Positions 13,413-27,280 of a stretch of DNA of 64,000 nt are shown one piece after another. The notes below the pieces were generated by a model. The model made no database searches, was not told where the DNA came from, and saw only the letters and a list, made by a program, of their open reading frames with translations. The position numbers and the translations under genes are program-made. Each line of letters begins with the position of its first letter. Positions within the stretch are counted from its first letter, which is position 1. This DNA comes from Mobula hypostoma (taxonomy: Eukaryota): the NCBI RefSeq assembly GCF_963921235.1, contig NC_086108.1, forward strand, positions 78,556,001 to 78,620,000, given 5' to 3'.

Positions 13413-15242
13413 ATCTAGCGCATACAGGACTGTTTTGAATCGGTGGCCTGGACAGTATTCTGGGATTCATCTTGGAAATATGCCGCACTTGTCACAGACT
13501 TCATCAAGACATGCTTGGATGAGTGTGTACCTTTAAAAATATACCAGACACACCCAAACCAAAAGCCATGGATGAACTGGGAAACCTGCAGTCTACTGAG
13601 GGCTGTATCTGTGGCGCTCAAGATCCCAGGTCCAAAAACATACAATAAGCCAGTTATAACTTGTAGAGGGCTATATTAAAAGTGAAAAAAAATTCCGATT
13701 GTAGTTAGAGATGGAATTGGATACACGTCAGCTCTGGCAGGGTTTGTGGGCCATTACTTCCTACAAGGTGAAACCCAACATCATGATAGGCTGTGATGCT
13801 TCACTCTCAGATGAGTTCAATGCCTTTTATGCAAGCTTTAAAAGGGAGAATAAAACTACATCCATGCAAATTGCAACATCGGATGACGTTGTGATCTAGG
13901 CCTCGGAGACCAGCATCAAAACATCTTTCAAGAGAGTGGAACCAGACAAGGTATCAGGCCCTGATGGTTCACCTGGTAAGGCATTGAAAACCTGTGCCAA
14001 TCAACTGACATGAGTGTTCAAGGACATGTTCCATCTCTCACTGCTGCAGTCAGAGATTCCCACCTATTTCAAAAGAGTGCCAATCATTCCAGTGCCCAAA
14101 AAGAGCAGGTGAGCTGCCTCAATGACTACCACCCAGTGGCACTCACATGTACTGTGATAAAGTGCTTTGAGAGGTTGGACATGGCCAGAATCAACCCATG
14201 CCTAAGCAAGGACTTGAACCAACAGCAATTTGTCTATCACCATAAAAGAAAGCAACTCACCGTCTCTTCTCCTGGACAATAGCAATACCTATGTCAGGTT
14301 GCTGATCATTGATTACAGCTCAGTGTTGAATACCATCATACCCTCAGAATAATCAACATGCCCCAACCTGGGCCTCTATACCTTCCTCTGCAACTGAATT
14401 CCTGACTTCCTCATTGGAAGACCATAGTTAGTATGAATCAGAAATAACATCTCCTCCTCACTAACAATCAACACTGGCACACCTCAGCGATGTGTGCTTA
14501 GCCCACTGCTCTACTCTATCTAAGCCCATGACTTGTGGAAAGGCACAGCTCAAATGCTATCGATAAATTTGCTGATGACACAACTATTGTTGGCAGAATT
14601 TCAGATGGTGTCAAGGAGCTGTACAGGAGTAAGACAGATCAGCTAGTTGAGTGGTGCCACAACATCCCTGCACTCAACATCTGTAAGACCAAAGAATTGA
14701 TTGTAAACTTCAGAAGGGGTAAGACGAGGGAACGCTAACTAGTCCTCATCGAGGGATCAGTAGTGGAAAGGGTGAGCATTTTCAAGATCCTTGGTGTCAA
14801 CATCTCTGCAAATCTATCTTGGGCCCAACATATTGATGCAATTACAAAGAATGTACAACAGCTATACTTCCTTTGGAGTTTGAGTAGATTCATGATGTCC
14901 CAAAGACTTGAGCAAATTTCTACAGATGTACCAAGGAGAGCATTCTAACTGGTGGCATCACCATCTGGTATGTAGAGCCCCCTCACAGGATTGGGAAAAA
15001 CTACAGAAAGGTTCAAACTCAGCCTGTTCCGTCATGGGCACAAGTCTCTCCAGCATCAGGGACATCTTCAAAAGATAATGCCACAAAAAGGCCATTTTCT
15101 CATTGCTACCACCAAGGAGGTGGTACAGGAACCAAAAGAGATACACTCAACGTCTTAGGAACAGCCTCTCCCCCTCCACCACCAGATTTCTAAATGGACA
15201 CTGAACCCATGTACACTACCTCATTTTTTTTTCTCTCTTTTG

Positions 15243-16007
15243 AGAGAAAATAGCCGTGATTCCCTTCATTTATTTGGGACACTATGACACTTAATTCGGA
15301 CAAGAGACTGTTGCCAAACAGTTTCTAACTAGCGTCAGTCGCATGCACTTGTGTGGCCATTAGATACTACATCATGTTTAGAGCAAATAGTTTTTAAATA
15401 GCATCAGTTGTGTGTGTTTATGTTCAGAAGAGATATTTCTGTTACTAATAGTTGGTGAAAAATAAGCAGTAAAACAATTCAGAACTGTTTTGCTCACTGG
15501 ATTTTCAAGCATTCGGTCTTGATGCCAGAACTGGCTGAAAGTGAAAATGAAACAATTTCACTACAAATGAATTGATTTCACCAAGTTAGCAACTATAAAG
15601 AATTTGAAGGTATTGACAATCATCTTGAATGTTACAATGGAAATGAAGATTTGGAGAATGCAATTGTCAAAAACTTTGTATGAGGGCAGCCCATTATCTT
15701 CACTAGTTGTCTGTGCTGATTTTGTTCATTTAGAACCAATCAAAAGCACATGGCAACCTACAAAGGAAGAATTTTTCCATCAATTACTATTAGGAACGAA
15801 TATGCAGTTTTATAGTACTGTAGTAATATTGACAATGTTCTAATTTTTACTGTATTTCATTTAAATACATAATTAAAAAGTTAAAAGTTGTTTGGCTTTT
15901 TAATACCTTTTCAATGATTTCCAAGAAACTTTGGTTAATTGGGGCAGCCGCTTAATTGGGCCAAAATGTACTGGTCCAAATGTGTCTCAATTAACTAGAG
16001 TCCACCG
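15243..16007. mobile_element. Tigger/pogo-like non-autonomous element, one end missing
   Basis: Right TIR CAATTAACTAGAGTCCACCG; homologous in inverse orientation to 35892-36556. Confidence 0.75.
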
Positions 16008-18133
16008 TTATATTTCTTATTATAATTTATAGTTTTTTTCTTATGTATTGCACTGTACTGCTGCTGCAAAAGAACAAATTTCACCAGTAATATTAAATCT
16101 GATTCTGATTCTGAGAGGTTTAGGAACATAATAGAGACAGGAGAGGGTCATATGGCTATCCAGCCTACTCTACTATTCATTAAGATTATGACTAATCTGA
16201 CCATGGTTTCTGCTCCAGCACAGTACCTGCTTTTTACCTTATACCCTAAATTCCCCGACTATGCAAAAACCAAAATCTCCATCCTAAATCCATTCCCTTA
16301 AATCTTGTGACTATATCCCCAATTCTAGTCTCAAATACCAATGGAATCAACTGACTCCTGCTGCACTCTGTTCATCGCTGACAGCCAATCTGAGAAACAC
16401 CATTTATCCCAACTCTCTTTCTGATTGTTCTGGTAAACATCTCAGCAGATGGCTCAAAATAGCAAAGATAGACATCTGAGGCTGAACTGTCATAGCCATA
16501 CATGGTATACATGGACTGAAGTTCACTTCCTTAAATCCCAGAGTGAGCCTGAACAAATGGGGAAGAAAAAGCATCCAAGAATGGCCTTGTTTAAAAACAG
16601 TTGAATAAAGGTAAACAGGAAAGAAACAGAAAACAAGATTAAAAAATGTCAGTTACAAGAGAATTCAGTGCCTGACATGGTGACAGACGCAAATTTACAG
16701 CAGTGTTTAAAAAAAATTAAGATTTATAGCCCTGAAAATGAAAAAGAAACTCATAGTGGGGGATGGTTAAAGAAGGGGAGTGGGATTAAAGAGCTCTTTC
16801 AAAGAACAGGGACAGATACAATGAACCAAATTTCCTCTTACTATTCTTTTTAATTCTATAAAGGTAAGACAAGCAGAATCAAAGCAAAGATTTAAAAAAC
16901 ATTACCTACAATTGTTTATAACTATCTGTTTAGAGCCAAAACATCATTCCATTACTTAGGGTCCTCTGACATTTCAGTGGTACTACCACTGTAATACAAA
17001 GAATTTTTCAATCACAGTATGTAACTGGATCTTTATATACAACCTGGCTAGCCTTTGCAAAGAAACATCCTCAAGGTTAAACCTATTTATAATTACATTA
17101 TTTTATAAACATTTATTGAAATTATAATAGAAATTCTTCAGTGAAACATTTTTAGGCTGCTCATCCTAAAGATGATCAAGGGTGCAATGGATAAAATGGG
17201 CAATAAATCAGGTAACACATGCAATTTATCTTCTACTTCACAGGATATGAGTTTACAGTCTGCAGGGGAGGCTCCAACCTGACAGCTTTTAATGCTTCAA
17301 CTGTGACAAAACCTAACAGTTTCTATCTATCAGGCTGAGTCGACATCTGCTTCTCCCTGCTGACTGGGTTTCTTGAGGATTGCCTCCGTAAATCAGCACA
17401 ATGTAGTGAGCCAGGGATAATTTTAGTCATGACTGACCATTGCTGGGCTCAAGCTGCCTGTTTGCCTGCGCATACTGCATTTGTAATCAAGAGAGATAAG
17501 TGTTTTAATAAACTGCTTGAATTTTGCAATTGGGTAACAAAAATAATCGAAACTTTTAATTAGAATACCAAGCTTCAACCAAAAGGTTGATCCCTGTTTC
17601 CCCTTCACTGATGTGCTGCACATTTTTTTTAAAAAAGCAAAGATTCAAATTTGATACAGTACTGACGCTTTGATAATGGCAGGGTAATCTGAAATTCTCA
17701 TTTTTATAGAATGCTGAATAATACAACATTTTAGACAAAAATAAAACAAGCACATGCTCATACACATCTGTATGGATCCTAAAACATAAAGGCTAGCTCC
17801 CAGCACTTTCACAAAATGGTCTCTCTTTTAACAAAAAAAACATTTTTCATGAGAAATCTTAATTCTTGTACAGTTATGCAGGAGATCAGCGTCAGGTTGT
17901 AGAGATGCTATTCTGAATTACGCAGAGAAATAGCATGGGCTGTATCTCTTGGGCTGGAAACCTTTCACTTTTCACCTGTAAAATGCTTCAGCTACTTCCT
18001 CATATAGTGGTGTCAGTCTGCATTTCATGGGTTAGCCTCACATTTCATGCCTAGAATAGTCTATGCATAGACTTGCTTTTCTGAGAAATCAAAAAAAAAA
18101 GATTGCACTTGGATCATTCCTCACACCCATGTA

Positions 18134-18431
18134 TTGAGGGGTAAGGTCGCTACATGCAAGTGCAGTTCAACTCTTTGAGTGATTATGCAGAAAGTTTGAA
18201 GTTAATAACTCATCTCCTTCTACTTTAGGCCACTAACTTACCAATCACCCCTGCTGTGCACCACTTTCTGGAGGTCCAAGATGCCGACTTCTACAAAGAA
18301 GGGATCTGTATGCTCCACGACCACTGGACTAAGTGTGTAAATGTAAGAAGGGACTATGTTGAATAATAAATGTGCTAGGTTTTCTAAATTTTTCTAAAAT
18401 TGACTCCTTCTACCATATCAATCAGCCCTCG
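18134..18431 (+). mobile_element. Mariner-derived non-autonomous element
   Basis: TA at both flanks; right TIR TATCAATCAGCCCTCG; encodes the mariner C-terminal remnant FLEVQDADFYKEGICMLHDHWTKCVNVRRDYVE*. Confidence 0.8.
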
Positions 18432-19798
18432 TAAACTGGGATATCAAATAACTTCTAAGTTTATTCCTTCCGAGCCCATTATATAAAAGAATAATTATTT
18501 TTCTTCCTCAGGCTGTCCAAATGATTACCTTTATCCTAAGTGTATGTTGTCCTGCCCTGATTTTCAAAAATGTCAGCATTTTTTAATAAAAACATTTTAT
18601 TCAGCTTCACATTTATATTTTATCAACTGACTGACTTTGGAATAATATTTTGAACCTGTCAATCCTTTTCTTCTTGAAACTACTGCACAGCTTTCACACT
18701 CCAAAGTTCTCTATTCAGACTTAATGCTATACACAGCTTAGCTAATACTTAGAGTAACTGTTATCAAAGCAGAATCTTGTAAAATGGAAGTTACAATCAG
18801 AAATTACACATGCACATACACGTGAAAGCTCTTTGAAATTTAAACATGTTTATAAAAGAGCAACAGTGACATAATGAGATTCAGGTCAATAATTCTCATT
18901 CCCCTTCTCCAGAAGAAAGTCTTGCTGCAATTGTAGAATGACTTGGTTACTCTGAACCTAGATCATCCACATTAGATCTCTATTTCTGAGGAAAATCTGC
19001 TTGGTAGTTGGATTGCGGAATGCTGTATCTTTCAGTGCTATGTAATTGAAGATTTACTTCTTCTGGAGTGAAAAGCAAAAACAACATTTCTGGGTCATTG
19101 CACATCACTCCTGATATGATGTTGAACTATCAATATTTTAGACACATCAACCATAAACCGTCCTTACCATGGAGCCAAATAACTATCTTAATAGCTTAAT
19201 GGCAAAGGAATTCTGCATGAAGAAATCAGCATCTTTTGTGTTATTCATGTGTTATAGAACACGATGATTTCAGTACTGATAAAGCTATGACTTGACTAAG
19301 TTCCAAACTGGAATTTACTCTGTACAAGCCCAGCAATTATTCAAAAATAAACCCCATATCTTGTCAGTTTATACCATTAAACACAATAAACATTAGTGTT
19401 ATTAGGTGCAGTGAATTCCTAAACATTCAATGGATATCATTTATTCTAATAAACCACACCCTGTTTCAAAAATTTTTTTAAATAAATTGTATGGGATCAA
19501 ATTTAATCAAACAATGCTTCACGGCAAGTCAGAAAGCAGAGACTGTCAAAATGGTCCATCCTTTTTTGAAAAGAAAACATTTGCACAATACATGGCAAAA
19601 AGTGAAGATTGCACCCATGATGTTGGAACTAACAGATCTTCAGTAGTTAACATTAGATACTGCACATGGGCAAACTGCTTGGAAATGTTTGGTTCTTGAA
19701 CTGGATGCCAGAACCAAGCAGCAGAAGTAAATTTGTGCTTTTGCTGCATCATAAACTGGTAATGATAATTTTTAACTCAACCCTGTTATACTTTAGCT

Positions 19799-19877
19799 CA
19801 GGGGTTCCCAACTTTTTTTATGCCATGGACCAATACCATTAAGCAAGGGGTCCACGGACCTGGGTTGGGAACCCCTG
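19799..19877. mobile_element. 79-bp hAT/Charlie-type MITE
   Basis: Perfect 14-bp TIR CAGGGGTTCCCAAC / GTTGGGAACCCCTG; TSD not recognisable. Confidence 0.8.
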
Positions 19878-19905
19878 CAAGCTTCTTCTTATCAACTAAC
19901 TTGTT

Positions 19906-20109
19906 TGGGTATTGGGTATTTGATCCTCCACAATATTCCGCGTGGGAATTTAAACTGGAGGTGGCAGTGTTTTTTTTACGAGGGTGAGTTGCGAGCTCGA
20001 CGTCAACCCGGCGCGGATGGAGAGTGTGCTCGGGAGCGGCCTGTCACTGGATCAAACTCAGGAACTTCTGTTCTCGGGCCCGGCGCTGATCTCACTGTGC
20101 CACCAGCCG
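19906..20109 (-). mobile_element. Young tRNA-derived SINE
   Basis: A box TGGCACAGTG, B box GAGTTTGATCC, (AATACCC)2 tail; perfect 7-bp TSD ACTTGTT at 19899-19905 and 20110-20116; CpG-rich. Confidence 0.85.
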
Positions 20110-23100
20110 ACTTGTTAAGTTTCATTACTCTGAAACAAATCATTCACTCCATAAAGTTAAAGCATATTGACAAAGGAAACAGTTCCATGATAAAGAATCT
20201 CAGATTGTTTTTCATATTACAGATTATTTTTGGACAGACGTTTCTACAATTATAATTTAATGCAGAAATGTCTTCTTCAATTTTGATATCTCTCCCAGTG
20301 CCTACCCAGTGATGTAACTGATCCATTACTTTCCTAAAATAAATAGATTTTGTCTGAATCCTAGCTAACAACTAATAAGTAATCCAATTACCCCTACATC
20401 TTGTCAGTTATCCTGAAGATTTTATGCCTAGCAATATTTAATTCCCCATTCCGACTAGCTTTAGCTACCAGTATAGTCACATCAAATTTTCGTAACTCAA
20501 GAATCCTCAAATATTCCTTTCCCTCTATTACCTTTCAAATAATAATTTTAAAATAAAAATCTGGTATTGTTTTGCCCTTTTCAAGTATTTCTTCCTCATT
20601 ATTATCTATATGTCTAAATGTTATTCGTTCTTCTAAGAAATAAGCTTCTACTCACAATATTTTTAAAACCCTCTGTTATAGCTTCATTTATATTCTGCAG
20701 GTTTAATTCACTTCTATCTATAAACAATATTTATGACAAAAATTTGAACTCTGCTTTACCAAAGAATAATTATATACACAACAAGTCTTCCCCTCTGGAC
20801 ACATTCATTGAAACATTATCAAAAACCTGTATTTTAAAAATATAAGTGACATTAATAATTACTATTTTGCCCTTGTTCACCTATAGATCTGGTAAAAATC
20901 ACATACTTGCAGTATAAAGCTTCAGCATCCTTAGTCAGTGGCTGACAGGAAAAACCCTCTAGGGGATTCAAGTGCTCCATTCCAGAATTCAGTAGGAAGA
21001 GAATTGGCTTGCAAGGTTCATTACTGCTTTGTGCATTGTGTGATGCAGTGAAGTGCCATTGATATTCCGCACAAGCACTGCTTCTCGCATAGATAAATTG
21101 CACCTCAGTTCACTTCATCATAAATACTGGCCCACTGCATTCATTAAGGGACACACAGATCCTAACAGAAAGTATAAGCAACTCTGTTATGAAAAAGAAC
21201 GAATTGTCATGAATGATACGTAATTTTTGAAAATAATACTTCCTTCAAGAAAGATTATACTACAATATGCATACTATGGTTAGGGATGGTCAAAATAAAT
21301 GAACAATGCAACTAGACTACATTTTTCATATAACTTCAGATAATGTAAAATAATATTATTTTAATGGGTATATTATTTCACTCACATGAGAATGCTAAAT
21401 ATTTTTCTGTATGCACTATTTGATCTCCTGTTCTCTCAATTATGCTACAGATTTTATGTTGGAAAACGTTCAATTACTTTCACTGAAACTGAAAACACCA
21501 ATGCATCATTTTAATTTAAGTAAATTAAATGTCTGATGTTGAAAAAATAGAAATAAATCAAAATACATAATTCACGATATACTTCAATTTATCCACTGAG
21601 CTGCAATGAGAGCTTCCGTTTCAGTACAAAGTCTGAGTTCAAAAATTGCTTATTACAATTGTAATCAGATTACATTAGGATTATGCCATCTGATCCCATG
21701 CAAAGTCCCCAGCTTCACTGACAGCACCAGTTACTCTGGTCATTTATGGTCTCCAATGCTCTTTTAAAATTATTTCAAGAAAGCCTTTGGGACAAATTTC
21801 AAAATCTTAACTCAGTTAAATCTCATGGCATTTTTTTTTTAAGAAATCCTTATTGACAGAAATTTTTAAAAAGCTAAAGCAATGCAGATGCTGGAAATCT
21901 GAAGTAGTGAAAATACTGCAGATACCCTGTTTATCTCCCTGCAAAGGTACTGACTTGCCAACCTACTTGATATTGGCATTTTTTATTAGAAAGCAAATAC
22001 ATTTTGTTTCTATACCCATAGGGATGCTCCTATCTTATCTACACCCTAAGAGCCTTGGCAAAAGTTGACAATATTAAGGCCCGGGTGTTCCAAATCTTGG
22101 AGAAATAGCTCAAAGTCTGCTTAGCTTCTTGGGCCACTCACTCATTTATTCACTCAATCAACTATAGGTACGTGGCATTACCCAAGTAAAATATTACGTC
22201 ACTGTGGCATAATGTTGATTGAGATCCCATCTTTCATCACCAGCTGAAAGAATGGGTGACCTGCTGTTAACCCAGACTGTATTCCTCCCCGACCTGAACT
22301 GTTCTAAAAATGATTAAGACAGCACCGTGCTTGTCTGACCATTATGAAAAATAAAGGAAACAAGTACCCATATGAAGAAAATATTTTGGCATCTTTGACT
22401 TCCCAGTGCAGCAAGAAGGTCCCTTCCAGAAGATATTTGTTTCCCTCCTTGGAGATCAGTTACTGCTCCTTTTAGTACTGCAGCGTTCAATAGTTCTACA
22501 GAGGGTCCCTGAACAGTTCTCATTTCTTGTTCTGTGTATTCATTCAGCGTGTGTGTGTGTCACTGTCAGAACCAGCACTTAATGTCCATCTCTAATTATC
22601 CTTAAACTGATTAGTGCTAGCCCATTTCTGAGAATCAACCAAAGTGTTTTGGGTCAGGTATGAGCCAGGTTTCTGGGTGTCATGAGAAAGCTTTGATCCC
22701 CAGAGGACTTTTAGGAACCAAGTGGCTTTTCACCACTATCAACAGTTTTTATTGGTAATCAGTCATCTGTGGTCACATTATTGTTACTAACTTTTCAGAA
22801 TTACTCTCTTAAGTTCCCAGCTACAAAGATGAGATTCAAACTCGTGACTAGTTCAATAACCACACAGATGTGCATTTTTAAAGATGTTCTGAAGACAGCA
22901 ATAGAAGAGCCTGCGAACTCCCCAAGATATGCTTCCGTAAAACAGGGCCAACGTAGAAAAATAATTCATTGTGCTTCCCCTAGCATGGATTTCCTCTGGG
23001 TACTCCACATCCCAAGTGTGCGGGTGGCTATATATAATTAGCCACTGTAAATTGATTTTGGTGTGCAGGGTGTGAAAGAATTTGATGGGAGTTGATGGTA

Positions 23101-23194
23101 TTGTGGGAAGATTAGTGACAGCGAGATAAATAGTGGAGGAATGGGCCTGCTCCGTGAACCTGCCACACTCAATGTACTAAAGTAACCTCTTATG

Positions 23195-23728
23195 TTCAAA
23201 GTCCAAAGTAATTATACTATATACAACCTTAAGATTTCTCTCCTTACAGGTAGTCACAAAACAAAGAAACCCAATAGAACCCATTAAAAAAAGAGGACTG
23301 TCAAAACCCAATGTGCAAAAAGAAAGCAGATTGTGCAAACAATAAAGTAAGCAAATAGTATTCAGAACAGAAGTTCACGAAGGTGAGTTCACAGATACAA
23401 AGGCAGTCATCAATGCAGCTAGTCTAGGAGCGCATCAGTTGCAGGCCACAGCCTCCGTTCAGCGCAGAGACAAGTAAACCTCGTGAGCAGCGAGATGAAC
23501 AACAGCCTGTCCCTCTCCTCTGGCCGTGACAGACTGGTCTTTTCAATCTGGCCAGTCCCTTAAATCAGCCTCAGAACCAGGCCCTGGCACTTCAACACGC
23601 ACACGGGCTTGTGCTCCACCAACTTGAACCCATACCCGACATTTCCAATCTTGCCCGGCACTTAAATCGGCCAGACATTGATTTGCTCTTCGCTCTCGGG
23701 CCCAGCTGCAGCCGGCTTGCCATGTTGT
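23195..23728 (-). mobile_element. Non-coding retroelement with Rex-type 3' tail
   Basis: GTTCAAAGTCCAAAGTAA tail on +; GC-rich non-coding body; 5' end AACATGGC. Confidence 0.5.
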
Positions 23729-24170
23729 AGACAGAAAGGGAAATGTGGTCCTCCAAACACATCTTCTCCTTAGTTCCACTTGAAAATTCAAACCCTTCAA
23801 CAACTTTCTATTTGCAGCAATAAAGGACAGATTAGCTTTCATTCCCATATCTAAATAAGTAATTATCACTTGCAGAAAATAACAGTTGTCATTAAATAGC
23901 AGTTTGTCTAGTTGGGCTTGAAAATCTGGTCATCTTGGAAGTTAAAATAGCTCTTTAGAGAAAATTGGTGCACTTATAAATTTGATATTTGAGACAGTGA
24001 CTCTGAGAGAGAAAGTGCATTTAAAATGAGAACATACATATTCAGTCAAAAGCTGCCTCTTGGAGGAAAGGGTTTCATAACTGGTGCCATACAGTCATCG
24101 CCTTGCCTAAAATATAGCAAAACTCATTAAAAATTTTTGGGATTGATATGACCAAGTGTCAGCTCATTAT

Positions 24171-26963
24171 AAGACCATAAGACAAAGGAGCAGAAGTCAG
24201 CCATTCGGCCTATCGAGTCTGTTCCGCCATTTTATCATGAGCTGATCCATTCTCCCATTTAGTCCCACTCCCCCACCTTCTCACCATAACCTTTGATGCC
24301 CTGGCTACTCAGATACCTATCAATCTCTGCCTTAAATATACCCAATGACTTGGCCTCCACTGCTGCCCATGACAACAAATTCCATAGATTCACCACCCTC
24401 TGACTAAAAAAATTTCCTTGCATCTCTGTTCTGAATGGGCGCCCTTCAATCCTTAAGTCATGCCCTCTCGTACTAGACTCACCCATCATGGGAAACAACT
24501 TTGCCACATCCACTCTGTCCATGCCTTTCAACATTCGGAATGTTTCTATGAGGTCTCTCCTCATTCTTCTAAACTCCAAGGAATACAGTCCAAGAGCGGA
24601 CAAACGTTCCTCATATGTTAACCCTCTCATTCCCGGAATCATTCTAGTGAATCTTCTCTGTACCCTCTCCAATGTCAGCACATCCTTTCTTAAATAAGGA
24701 GACCAAAACTGCCCACAGTACTCCAAGTGAGGTCTCACCAGCACCTTATACAGCCTCAACATCACATCCCTGTTCCTATACTCTATTGCGCTAGAAATGA
24801 ATGCCAATATTGCATTCACCTTCTTCACCACTGACTCAACCTGGAGGTTAACCTTAAGGATATCCTGTACAAGGACACCCAAGTCCCGTTGCATCTCAGA
24901 ACTTTGAATTTTTTCCCTATTTAAATAATAGTCTGCCCGTTTATTTCTTCTGCCAAAGTGCATAACCATACACTTTCCAACACTGTATTTCATTTGCCAC
25001 TTGTTTGCCCATTCTTCCAATCTAACCAAGGATTTCCATAATCCACATCGTTGATGTACAATGTAAAAAGAAGCAGCCCCAACACGGACCCCTGTGGACC
25101 ACCACTGGTAACCGGCAGCCAATCAGAATAGGAACCCTTTATTCCCACTCTCTGTTTCCTGCCAATCAGCCAATGCTCTATCTACATATGTAACTTTCCC
25201 GTAATTCCATGGGCTCTTATCTTGTTAAGCAGCCTCATGTGTGGCACCTTGTCAAAGGCCTTCTGAAAATCCAAATATACAACATCCACTGCATCTCCGT
25301 TGTCCAGCCTACTTGTAATTTCCTCAAAAAATTGTAATAGGTTTGTCAGGCAGGATTTTCCTTTAAGGAATCCATGCTGAGTTCTGCCTATCTTGTCATA
25401 CGCCTCCAGGTACTCTGTAACCTCATGCTTGACAATCGACTCCAACAACTTCCCAACCACCGATGTCGAGCTAACTGGTCTATAATTTCCTTTTTGCCTC
25501 TTTGCCCCCTTCTTAAATAGCGGAGTGACATTTGCAATCTTCCTGTCCTCCGGAACCATGCCAGAATCTATCGACTTTTGAAAGATCATCACTAATGCCT
25601 CCGCAATCTCCACAGCTACTTCCTTCAGAACACAAGGGTGCATTCCATCTGGTCCAGGAGATTTATCAACCTTTAGACTATTCAGCTTCCTGAGTACTTT
25701 CTCTGTCATAATTGTGATTGCGCACACTTCTCTTCTCTGCCACCCTTCTGTCCGGTATACTCCTGATGTCTTCCTCAGTGAAGACTGATGCAAAATACTC
25801 ATTCAGTTCCTCCGCCATCTCCTTATCTCCCATTACAATTTCTCCAGCATCATTTTCTATTGGTCCTATATCTACTCTCACCTGTCTTTTACTCTTTATA
25901 TACTTGAAAAAGCTTTTAGTATCCTCTTTGATATTTATTTGCTAGCTTCCTTTCATAGTTCTTCTTTTCCCTCTTAATGACCTTCTTAGTTTCCTTCTGT
26001 AAGCTTTTAAAAACTTCCCAATCCTCTGTCTTCCCACTAATTTTTGCTCCCTTGTATGCCCTCTCCTTTGCTTTAACTTTGGCTTTGACTTCTCGTCTGC
26101 CACGGTTGCATCCTTTTTCCATTCGAAAATTTCTTCTTTTTTGGAATATACCTGTCTTGCACCTTCCTCACTTCTCGCATAAACTCCAGCCACTGCTGCT
26201 CTGCCGTCTTTCCCGCCAGTGTCCCTTTCCAGTCAACTTTGGCCAGTTCCTCTCTCGTGCCACTGTAATTTCCTTTACTCCACTGAAATACCGACACATC
26301 AGATTTTGGCTTCTCTTTTTCAAATTTCACAGTGAACTCAATCATGTTATGATCACTGCCTCCTAAGGGTTCCTTCACCTCAATCTCTCTAATCACCTCC
26401 GGTTCATTACACAATACCCAATCCAGTACAGCCGATCCCCAAGTGGGCTCAACAACAAGCTGTTCTAAAAAGCCATCTTGCAGACGTTCTACAAATTCTC
26501 TCTCTTGAGATCCAGTGCCGACCTGATTTTCCCAATCCACTCGCATGTTAAAATCCCCCACAATTATCATAACACTGCCCTTCTGACAAGCCTTTTCTAT
26601 TTCCTGTTGTAATTTGTAGTCCACATCACTGCAGCTGTTTGGAGGCCTATAAATAATTGCCATCAGGGTCCTTTTATCCCTGTGATTTCTTAGCTCAACC
26701 CATAAAGGTTCTGCACCTTCCATCCTATATCACCTCTTTCTAATGATTTAATATCATTTCTTACCAATAAAGCCATGCCTCCCCCTCTGCCTACCTTTCT
26801 ATCCTTCCGATACACCGTGTAACCTTGGATGTTCAGCTCCCAGAGACATGCATCCTTTAGCCACGTCTCAGTGATGGCCACGATATCATACCTGCCAATC
26901 TGTAGCTGTATGACAAGATCATTCACCTTATTCCTTATGCTGCGTGTGTTTAAGTATAACACC
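24171..26963 (-). mobile_element. CR1 LINE, most of ORF2 (endonuclease to tail), frameshifted, small internal deletion near 25040
   Basis: ORFs 26690-27001 (YLNTRSI, AITETW), 26073-26723 (YRPPN, GDFN, SDH), 25182-25802 and 24259-25122; (AAGACCAT)n tail. Confidence 0.95.
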
Positions 26964-27280
26964 TTATCTGATATCTTGAGGAATGAATTTAAGTTTATCA
27001 AATTTGAGCTTTATGAACAATTTTCCAAAACAGTTTTTACCTGAAAGGAATTAAAGCAGTTTCACAGTTCCAGTAAAAATCTGATTGTGTTGAACACTGA
27101 GCAGGCAGTTTACATACTGAAGCAACAGAGAACTCCAAGATTTTGTCGAAAGGAGCTGGTAGAACATCAGATGTGTATAACCATCAACCTACTAGTGTTT
27201 AGTGGAAATAGTTAATGGTAATATCTCGGTTTTAGGTTCTGGAAATCAAGAAATTGCGAATAAACTACATCCATGTTTGA

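Larger units (their letters stand above)
12860..16112 (+). mobile_element. Long degraded Rex1/Babar LINE (endonuclease to 3' tail) hosting two DNA transposons
   Basis: CCVLSFMETWL, NQKPWM, CLNDYHPVALT, KFADDTT, NICKTKEL; (GATTCT)n tail near 16100. Confidence 0.85.

Noticed and set aside
20030..20109. Possible tRNA gene
   Set aside because: The A/B boxes belong to a SINE head with a body, tail and TSD; no convincing cloverleaf.
23820..23870. Minus-strand GMK peptide as the missing next B4GALT2 exon
   Set aside because: No following SRP/IGRYRMIKH sequence and no convincing splice sites.
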